Shown: positions 10,344 through 17,839 of the stretch, piece by piece
Numbering within the stretch: position 1 is the stretch's first letter
How the letters are laid out: every line of letters starts with the position of its first letter
Made by a program: the position numbers and the translations under genes
Notes under the pieces: generated by a model
Seen by the model: the letters and a program-made list of their open reading frames with translations, nothing else
The model's database searches: none
Told to the model about the DNA's origin: nothing
NCBI GenBank assembly: GCA_038227875.1
Contig: JBBRPR010000049.1
Location: 1-64,000, forward strand
Source of the DNA: Planctomycetota bacterium
Lineage (GTDB): Bacteria > Planctomycetota > SZUA-567 > H5-PLA8
DNA length: 64,000 nucleotides
Direction: 5' to 3'

Positions 10344-11825
10344 ATGGATAAATGTGAGACAATAACCCTCCCGGCGACCCTCTCCATGAGCGATCATCGT
10401 ACAGATGCGGAGTTGCTCCAAGCAATTGCGCAGCACCGGGATAGCGTTGCGTTCAATGAATTGTTCTCCCGGCACCAGGATCGCTGCTATAGCCTGGCCT
10501 ATCATATCCTCCAGAACGTGACGTTCGCAGAAGAGGCGGTTCAGGACGGCATGCTGGCGCTTTGGCAGTCGCCCAAGTGCAATCGTTCAGATGATGATGT
10601 GCAGGCTTGGATTCTGGGGATCGTCGCCGGGAAATGCATGAACGCCCGGCGCGGCAGGAAGCGCCAGTCGCGTCGTGAACAGGCCGTGTGCCGAGATAAC
10701 ATCTCGAACACTCACCAATCCGATCAGGAAGAACGTGGCGAAGCGTTGGAGCAACTCAGGCGGCATATCAAAGAACTGCCTGAACTCGATTCGCAAATTC
10801 TAGCGTGCTGCTTTGGCGCGAATTTGACACATCAGAAAATCAGTGAATTGCTTGGCATTCCCCGCCGAACAATTACCGGACGCATACAGCAGGCCCTCGG
10901 TGAGTTGCGGGTTCGGCTCACAAATAGCGGCATTACGGCGCTCGCGGTCGTGCCCTTGCTGAGTGCTGAATCCATTTACGAGGCATTCACGACCGGTCAT
11001 ACCTGTCCTCCTCTGAATTTCGTTCCGCCCTCCGCGTCGACTGTCCGTTCGCGCCGCGTCTACCCGCGCGCACGGCCGTCCAGCGCACACTTCGCTCTTG
11101 CTGCCGGCGCGTTGGCTGCCGTAATAGCGGTGGCCGCCATGCTGAAAGGCAGTTCACAGCCCAGCGTCTCTCCGTTAAGCCCACCCAAAAATTCTGAGAT
11201 CGTCCTCAAGGACGCCCTCTTAGTCACTCCCAATACTTCCGCTGCGACGCCCACCATCAACCGTCGTTGGGATTTCAGTACCCGGCCTGAGGCTCTGGAC
11301 ATTCAGTGCATCACGGGCAATTGGGAATGGAACTCAATGCCCCGGGGTATGATGAATTCACGAGATGGTCAGAATGTTGTCGTGGTGCTTCCAGTAGCGA
11401 TTCAGCATCAGAACGTAAGATTGACGGTCAAATGGGTCGGAACCGAGGAAAAGTGTAATATCTTCACGTCATGGCTCGACGGTGAGAAGATTGTCGATTT
11501 TGCGTATTGGCATCAAACCACCAGCATCCGCAGCGGGAACGGGAAGCAGACGCTGACGACGAAGGCTATATTCACTCGCAATGAATGTTTGCAGTGGATG
11601 GACGACCGCCTGAATACGCACCGCAAGTATGAAGGCGATTGGCCGGGTGACCATCTGATCCTGCAGTTCACAGACGCAGCAGTGGAATCGATCGCGCTTC
11701 AGTCCATTTCTGACGAAGAAGCGGCGCTTGAATTCAAGAATGCGGCGTCGGACCTCCGCATCCTTCACAGCGTTGACAAGCTTCAGTACAAGGCCCAGAC
11801 GTTGCCGACCGGCGCGCAACACTGA
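10344..11825 (+). CDS. ECF sigma factor with TM segment and C-terminal extension
   Basis: TDAELL, AFNELFSRH, AEEAVQD (sigma2); LPELD...THQKISELLGIPRRTITGRIQQAL (sigma4); hydrophobic FALAAGALAAVIAVAAML; start may be 10344 or 10386. Confidence 0.85.
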   Translation: MDKCETITLPATLSMSDHRTDAELLQAIAQHRDSVAFNELFSRHQDRCYSLAYHILQNVTFAEEAVQDGMLALWQSPKCNRSDDDVQAWILGIVAGKCMNARRGRKRQSRREQAVCRDNISNTHQSDQEERGEALEQLRRHIKELPELDSQILACCFGANLTHQKISELLGIPRRTITGRIQQALGELRVRLTNSGITALAVVPLLSAESIYEAFTTGHTCPPLNFVPPSASTVRSRRVYPRARPSSAHFALAAGALAAVIAVAAMLKGSSQPSVSPLSPPKNSEIVLKDALLVTPNTSAATPTINRRWDFSTRPEALDIQCITGNWEWNSMPRGMMNSRDGQNVVVVLPVAIQHQNVRLTVKWVGTEEKCNIFTSWLDGEKIVDFAYWHQTTSIRSGNGKQTLTTKAIFTRNECLQWMDDRLNTHRKYEGDWPGDHLILQFTDAAVESIALQSISDEEAALEFKNAASDLRILHSVDKLQYKAQTLPTGAQH

Positions 11826-11912
11826 AGTCAACGCATTAACCGTCAACAGAGTCTTTGATGCCGCACCGAGAGGCGCGGATGGTGTCGCATTGTCCCAACG
11901 AAAGGAATCAGC

Positions 11913-12803
11913 ATGCTCTCACTCGAGGACGAAGCGAATCTCGGTACCCAGAGACCGGCCACATTGCGACGACCTTCGGCCGTCTCCCAGATCTTGCGCA
12001 AGATCAGCGAAAATATGGACCTTGATCCCGCAGGTTGGGACGTTTCTTCTGAGGAGGACAGGTCTCAGAGTTTTCGCCTCAGGATTGCCGCCGATCGCAC
12101 CTTGCGAGCGCGAGCCTACGCGCTCGCCCACCGCGTCTATCACGCGTCGGGACTTGTCGCCGGTGATTGTCCAATGGTGGTGTCTCCCTACGATGCCGAT
12201 CCGCAGACATTCACCCTTCTCGTCGAAGACGAACGAGGCGAGGACGCTGCGACCATATCCGTGGTGGTTGATTCACCCGCTGGTCTGCCAGCCGATGAAA
12301 TCTACCGGTCTGAACTCACCGCGGCGCGCGACAAAGGTCGCCTCATGTGCGAGGTCACCCGTCTGGCCATTGCGCCTGAGCACAAGCACTCCCGTCTTTT
12401 GCTCGTGCGACTTTTCAATTTTGTCTACGTCTATGCCCGCCGCATCGTTGGCGCGGATGACTTTATCATTGAGGTCCATCCTCGCCACGCGGCCTACTAT
12501 CACCGTCTGTTGAAATTCGAACCTATCGGTCCGGAAAAGCCCTGCCCTCGCGTACAAAACTCGCTGAGCGTGCTCCTGGGGTTGAAACTCGCCGAATCGG
12601 ACCGGCACATCCGTCTTTATGGCAACAGGCATTCCTTGAGCGCAGTCAAGAAGGATCGTTCACTTTATCCCTCCTTCTACCGGTGGCTGGAGGAAGGTGC
12701 CGTCGCCGAGTTTATAGCGCGACGCCGGCGTCCGATGTCGGACGACGACGTCAACTTCTTTCAATTATCGCGACGCACGTCCAGCACGTTCCCAAGTGAA
12801 TAG
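11913..12803 (+). CDS. FeeM-like N-acyl amino acid synthase (GNAT fold), paralog 1
   Basis: RAYALAHRVY..SGL, ATISVVVDSPAGLPADEIY, CEVTRLA, IEVHPRHAAYYHRLLKF, CPRV motifs; AAGGA RBS. Confidence 0.88.
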   Translation: MLSLEDEANLGTQRPATLRRPSAVSQILRKISENMDLDPAGWDVSSEEDRSQSFRLRIAADRTLRARAYALAHRVYHASGLVAGDCPMVVSPYDADPQTFTLLVEDERGEDAATISVVVDSPAGLPADEIYRSELTAARDKGRLMCEVTRLAIAPEHKHSRLLLVRLFNFVYVYARRIVGADDFIIEVHPRHAAYYHRLLKFEPIGPEKPCPRVQNSLSVLLGLKLAESDRHIRLYGNRHSLSAVKKDRSLYPSFYRWLEEGAVAEFIARRRRPMSDDDVNFFQLSRRTSSTFPSE

Positions 12804-12812
12804 GAGATACGG

Positions 12813-13169
12813 ATGCCAAGCCCGTCCAGCAATGTAGACATCTCGTCTCTCCGTGATGCGCTCGCGCGACTGCCGATTCTCGAACGCGCCGTGCTGGCGC
12901 TGCACTACGGCGGCGGAATGCCAATTGAGGAAATCGCGAAGTCACTCTCGATTCCGCGTCGCGCCATCGCGGATCGCATGCGGCAATCACTGGAGACACT
13001 GCGGCGCGAATGCATCGTCGAACCCAGTAATTTCATCGAAGCGGACCAGATCCGGATAGCCATTTCATCGGGTGCCACGGCGCCTCTGGGCCTGCGCAGT
13101 CAGGTGGAATCGATCGTATCGGCCTTCCATCCGAAACCACGTCGCTGGCTTCCATGGCTGGCTCGATAA
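12813..13169 (+). CDS. stand-alone sigma-70 region 4 (HTH) protein
   Basis: LRDALARLPILERAVLALHYGGGMPIEEIAKSLSIP; no sigma2 region; AGGAGA RBS. Confidence 0.8.
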   Translation: MPSPSSNVDISSLRDALARLPILERAVLALHYGGGMPIEEIAKSLSIPRRAIADRMRQSLETLRRECIVEPSNFIEADQIRIAISSGATAPLGLRSQVESIVSAFHPKPRRWLPWLAR

Positions 13170-13183
13170 GGAGGCAACCCAGA

Positions 13184-14311
13184 ATGCGTTGTTCAAATTG
13201 TCTGCTCCCTGAAGCCGTGCCCGGCGCCGCGATCGACGCTTCCGGAATCTGCGCGGAATGCCGCGCGTATCGCGACTGCGACCCCGCCATTGAAAGTCGC
13301 CAGCGCCAGGAATTCGAAAGGGATTTGGAACAGGCCATTCAATCGACCCGCGGTCGCGCACAGTACGACTGTCTCGCCTGTTTCAGTGGAGGCAAAGACA
13401 GCATCTACATGCTCCATAAACTGAAGAAGTCATACGGCCTGAAGGTGCTTGCCTTCACCTGCGATCTGGATATTCCGCCCGCCGGTTGGGAAAATATCCG
13501 CCGCACGATCCGGGCACTCGATATCGATCATGTGACGTTCCGCCCGCCGATGGAGTTCTACAAAAAATTCTTTCGCTATCTGTTGCGCAACCAGGACGCG
13601 CGCGGTGCGGTACGCTCGGTTTGTTATGTATCAGCTCCGCTGACCGAAGGCTACGCGCTGCGTCTGGCGACGGAAAAGAAGATTCCGCTGATCTTCGCGG
13701 GCTATTCTCCGGGCCAGCCGGATCCGGAATGGATGCTCTATGAAATGCCGCGCACGAAGATCTGCGATTTTGATTGGACGCCGCGTGTGCTTCGCGAGAG
13801 CGGATTGTTTAACGCCACGGAACTCTCGTACTTCTGGAATCCGAACATATTTCCAAAGGGCACACACTTTCCGCGCTATCTCGCACCCTTTCATGCGTGG
13901 GAATACAACCAGGCGGACGTTATCCGCGAGGTTTACGAACTGGGTCTTGTCGGAAAGCGACGCAACGCGAACCCGATCTTCAGCAACAGCCCTTTCCAAT
14001 GGCTGCTTATGCACTCCGATCTGAAGCATCTCGGCTACATGTCCTACGCCCCGGAGTTCTGCAGCCTGATTCGGCGCGGCAAGGCCAGCCGAACACTCTG
14101 GAGCTACGGGTTTCCAATTGTGGATTTCATGTTGCGTCACCGGGTCCTGATGGGCAGGCACGTCACGAATACACTGCGTTGGCTCGAGATGGACGAAACA
14201 GAACTCGCGATCACTCGTCCGACTCCGCCGGACGACTATCAGCATTTTCTAAACGCACGCGCAATGAAAATTGAGGCAGAAAACTGTTCGCTACAGGAGG
14301 TTCTGCGATGA
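13184..14311 (+). CDS. N-type ATP pyrophosphatase (adenine nucleotide alpha-hydrolase; N-acetyl-sugar amidotransferase-like)
   Basis: N-terminal RCSNCLLP...GICAEC, YDCLACFSGGKDS PP-loop; AGGAGG RBS before ATG 13184. Confidence 0.85.
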   Translation: MRCSNCLLPEAVPGAAIDASGICAECRAYRDCDPAIESRQRQEFERDLEQAIQSTRGRAQYDCLACFSGGKDSIYMLHKLKKSYGLKVLAFTCDLDIPPAGWENIRRTIRALDIDHVTFRPPMEFYKKFFRYLLRNQDARGAVRSVCYVSAPLTEGYALRLATEKKIPLIFAGYSPGQPDPEWMLYEMPRTKICDFDWTPRVLRESGLFNATELSYFWNPNIFPKGTHFPRYLAPFHAWEYNQADVIREVYELGLVGKRRNANPIFSNSPFQWLLMHSDLKHLGYMSYAPEFCSLIRRGKASRTLWSYGFPIVDFMLRHRVLMGRHVTNTLRWLEMDETELAITRPTPPDDYQHFLNARAMKIEAENCSLQEVLR

Positions 14312-15153
14312 TTAATCCAAGCGCCCAGTATGCAGCGATGCTCTTCGATCGAACACAACGCCTGGTCGGCCCGGCGACGGTGCAATCTCTGCGCGATTGC
14401 TGCTTCGGCGTTGCGGGATGCGGCGGCGTCGGCGGCGCGGCGGCAATACTGCTCGCGCGAATGGGAGTTGGTCGTTTTGTGCTCGCCGATCCCGGACGAT
14501 TCGATCCTCCCGATGCCAATCGCCAATGGGCGGCGAATTCCGAGTCGATGGGCCAAAACAAATGTGAACAATACGCCCAAATTCTCGCGCAGATCAATCC
14601 CAACATTCACGTGTCCGTCATGCCGGAAGGCGTCAACGCGGCCAACGTCGAGGCGCTGGCATCCGAGGCCGATGTGCTTCTCGACTGTCTCGATGTTTCG
14701 GTGAGCATCGACCTTCGGGCAGCTCTTTATAGACATTGTCGCCGGCGCGGAATCTACTGCCTCAGCGCGCCGGTGCTCGGATTCGGCACGTTGCTCGCCG
14801 CTTCCGATCCCAACGGCATGCCGATGGATGCGTTTATCGAGGTGCTCAAATCCGTGGGCCGCTGCGGCAAGTTGCCCGCGGCATTACGAGGCATCTTCGC
14901 TCCGCTCAGTATGGACGCGATTGAACGCGACCTTCCAACTGGAAGAATTCCATCCTTGGCCATTGGTCCGGCACTCGGCGCAGCCTTCGCCAGCACGGAG
15001 GCCTTGATCGCATTGTCCGGCCGCGAATCGCCGCTCTGGCGACCGCCGCTCTGCTTGCCGCGCATGCTCGCCGTCGACGCCTTGAGTATGAAGTACGAAT
15101 TCGTCGAAATCGCTCAACTCCTGGATGAACAAAAATTGGAGGTCGCCGCATGA
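14308..15153 (+). CDS. ThiF/MoeB/E1-family adenylyltransferase
   Basis: VAGCGGVGG, LARMGVG.F.LAD, ANRQ, GQNK, INP, DVLLDCLD; ATGA-coupled on both sides. Confidence 0.9.
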   Translation: MINPSAQYAAMLFDRTQRLVGPATVQSLRDCCFGVAGCGGVGGAAAILLARMGVGRFVLADPGRFDPPDANRQWAANSESMGQNKCEQYAQILAQINPNIHVSVMPEGVNAANVEALASEADVLLDCLDVSVSIDLRAALYRHCRRRGIYCLSAPVLGFGTLLAASDPNGMPMDAFIEVLKSVGRCGKLPAALRGIFAPLSMDAIERDLPTGRIPSLAIGPALGAAFASTEALIALSGRESPLWRPPLCLPRMLAVDALSMKYEFVEIAQLLDEQKLEVAA

Positions 15154-16418
15154 GTGTTTCAATCCAAACTGATCCGCTGCGCCTCAATCCAGTCTCACCG
15201 CCGGAAGCGCGAGCATCGGCGTTGGCGCACGCTCGGTTTAATACCAATCTCCTGCCACGAGAGGCCGTCGAAATTGACTTGATGACCGATAGCTGGGCGG
15301 AACGAGCCTGGGTTGGATCGCCCCCCGGACTGCGGCAGGCACAGCTTGAGCCGTTCATTCGCAATTTATATGGTCATAAGCATCTGATTTCGGTGCTACA
15401 GGGGCGGATCGCAGAGGCCATCGTCGCTGCCGCACTTTCACGGCCCGGCGCGCGCATTTTAACAAACTCGATTTTCCCGACAGCGCATTTCCATTTGGCA
15501 TCACGCGGTTCCAATCTGCTGGACATTTCCGCAGGACCAGCCAGTCGCAGTTTCGATCCGAATTTTCAAGCCAACTTGGATTTGGAAAAACTCGAAGATC
15601 AACTCGACCCCACTGTCGCATGCGTGTGGATTGAGGCGTGTTCCAACGCATTGTTCGGAGCGCCGGTCTCACTCGAGAATGTGCGCGCAATCCACATGCT
15701 TTGCGCCGTTCGAGGTGTGCCTGTGATCATTGATGCGAGCAGACTGCTCGAAAACGTAATTATGTATTCGGAACACACCGCCAGTCCGAGAAGCCTGGCG
15801 CAGACGCTGGGCGATTACTGCGCGCACGCGGACGTACTTGTGATGAGTGGAACCAAAGACTTCTGCGTGGGGCACGGCGGCTATATTGGTACGAACAACA
15901 GTGAACTCTTCACGAGACTGGCCGACATCGCATTGGCCTTTGGCGCAACCTTGTCATGCGCAGGCGTAATACCCGGTCTGCTTCCCGACAATCCTTTCGA
16001 GCCAGCAAATCAACGCCTTCAGAACGTTCGTGCGCTCCATCGTGAAGTCAAGGATGAAGGGATACTTGCGTGCGAGCACAGCGGCGGGCACGGCGTCTTC
16101 ATCGACGTTCGCCGCATGCTTCCGAAATTTCCTGAAGACGGAAATGCGGTCCAGGCGTTCTTGAATGCGCTGTACAAGCAGTGTGGTGTGCGAGGCACCG
16201 AACACTTTTATTCTATGCAGCAGATTGCCGAACAGAGGCAGATCGTTCGGCTGGCCATTCCCGTTACGCAATTTGATTCGTCCACCCTGCCGTGCATTTC
16301 GCGTGCGCTTGTAAACATTCATCGACAAACTGTGACTGTGCTGCCGCTGAAGGTCACATTCGCCGCAGCGGGCATCGCCGGAAAGTTCAGCGCCCGCTAT
16401 TCAGAGCGCGTGCATTAG
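15150..16418 (+). CDS. divergent tryptophanase/tyrosine phenol-lyase-like PLP enzyme (beta-eliminating lyase family)
   Basis: IDLMTDS, QGRIAE, DASRLLEN, MSGTKD (PLP lysine; compare MSAKKD), GGHGVFID, VRLAIP. Confidence 0.85.
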   Translation: MSVSIQTDPLRLNPVSPPEARASALAHARFNTNLLPREAVEIDLMTDSWAERAWVGSPPGLRQAQLEPFIRNLYGHKHLISVLQGRIAEAIVAAALSRPGARILTNSIFPTAHFHLASRGSNLLDISAGPASRSFDPNFQANLDLEKLEDQLDPTVACVWIEACSNALFGAPVSLENVRAIHMLCAVRGVPVIIDASRLLENVIMYSEHTASPRSLAQTLGDYCAHADVLVMSGTKDFCVGHGGYIGTNNSELFTRLADIALAFGATLSCAGVIPGLLPDNPFEPANQRLQNVRALHREVKDEGILACEHSGGHGVFIDVRRMLPKFPEDGNAVQAFLNALYKQCGVRGTEHFYSMQQIAEQRQIVRLAIPVTQFDSSTLPCISRALVNIHRQTVTVLPLKVTFAAAGIAGKFSARYSERVH

Positions 16419-16429
16419 TGGGAGTGACT

Positions 16430-17533
16430 ATGAGAAATTCGCCAACGATCGCTTCAAGGTGCGTATCCGCGACAGACCTGCGTGAACTCGCCATGGCCGC
16501 TTCACGCGCGCCGTCCGGCGATAATGTTCAGCCCTGGAAATTTATCATCAATGAAGCCGGACGATCATTGGACATTTGTATTGATACCGGTCGCGACAAA
16601 TCTCCGATGAACGCTGCGCAACGCATGTCGCTGATCGCTTGTGGAGCAGCCGTTGAGAATGCGCTCTTACTTGCCGGCCATCGCGGATGGAGTGCAGAAT
16701 TGAAACTCAGCGCCGACAGTTGCGGTATCAATCCCAGTCTCGTCGCACAAGTCGTGCTGGAGAGTTGGTCGGCGCCGTCTGATATGCGCGACTATGCGAC
16801 CGTCATTTCTGCTCGGGTTGCCAATCGTCGCATCTACGATCCGCGACCGGTTTCACCGTTCGTTCTCGAAGACCTTGAACGCTCCACATCCAAAATGTCC
16901 GGGGTCTCGACGCATTGGATTGATGATCGCAACTTGATTGACGCGTTGGCAGACGTGATTGCGCGGGGCGATGCCATCCTGTTCGGAGAACCCTCCATGC
17001 GAGCGGCGATCCTATCCAATATTCGATTTGATCTGCCGCCCAAAGCAGAATCGAATGAAGGCCTGTCGTTGGGGTCCCTGGAAGGCTCGACATTTACGGG
17101 TGTTGCTTTACAAGCACTCAAGCGTCTTCCTCAAAAACTTTTCCAACTCTTGGGGGTCCGTGTGCTCTTCTCCGTGCACACAAGGAAGCTCGTCCGCAGC
17201 GCCTCCGGCCTGTGCGTGGGTGTGGTCGATGGAGAAGCATCAAGCGCCGAGCTTTCAACCGGGAGATCCATGCAGCGCGCATGGCTGGCCCTGACAGAAT
17301 TGGGTTTCGCGTCGCAGCCCATGATGTCACTTGTGGTACTCAATAACGTGCTCCGCCACGGCAACCCAGAATTGATCGCGGCCTTGAGAGTCGCCGGAGC
17401 GGAAGCACTTCTGAACAAGCTTTCCTCCTTGCTGAAAACCGCAGGTGTGAGTGGTCACCCGGCGTTTCTGCTGCGTTTTGGACACGCCGCGGCTCCGAGC
17501 GGCAGGACAGGCCGACGGCCGCTAGTTGCATGA
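16430..17533 (+). CDS. nitroreductase-fold flavin oxidase, paralog 2
   Basis: AASRAPSGDNVQPWKF, NRRIYD, GRSMQRAWLALT, FLLRFGHA..PSGRTGRR; collinear with 492..1631; GGAG RBS before ATG 16430. Confidence 0.88.
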   Translation: MRNSPTIASRCVSATDLRELAMAASRAPSGDNVQPWKFIINEAGRSLDICIDTGRDKSPMNAAQRMSLIACGAAVENALLLAGHRGWSAELKLSADSCGINPSLVAQVVLESWSAPSDMRDYATVISARVANRRIYDPRPVSPFVLEDLERSTSKMSGVSTHWIDDRNLIDALADVIARGDAILFGEPSMRAAILSNIRFDLPPKAESNEGLSLGSLEGSTFTGVALQALKRLPQKLFQLLGVRVLFSVHTRKLVRSASGLCVGVVDGEASSAELSTGRSMQRAWLALTELGFASQPMMSLVVLNNVLRHGNPELIAALRVAGAEALLNKLSSLLKTAGVSGHPAFLLRFGHAAAPSGRTGRRPLVA

Positions 17534-17839
17534 TTCCATCGGCTGACGAATCTAAGCAATGACCAGGTGCGTCCTGATATTGCCGGCGGCGTTCGTCCTT
17601 ATGAGTGTCGCGGACTGCGGTCTTGCGTCTCATCACCTACACGAAACGACTCGTCGGCAGGGATTTCGACGGAAAACACGAGCCTTTGTTAAAGATGGAA
17701 ATATAAGGCTATTTCGAAAGGCTGAATCAAAATTGTTTCATTCTGAATTGCTATTGTTTCATGGTTCACGGACTCGATGGAGCTTCTCAAGTGTAAAGTA
17801 GACCAAGCCGTCCTAAGCCATTTTATGGAGGAGACCAAC

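Noticed and set aside
15150..16418. Calling the gene tnaA or tpl
   Set aside because: It is too divergent, lacks the catalytic Tyr segment, and has no tnaC leader or permease.
14308..17533. ThiF + flavin oxidase as a RiPP (TOMM or microcin C) or E1-type anti-phage system
   Set aside because: No YcaO, RRE, precursor peptide, ubiquitin-like, E2 or JAB gene is visible; the FeeM neighbour points to acyl-amino-acid chemistry.
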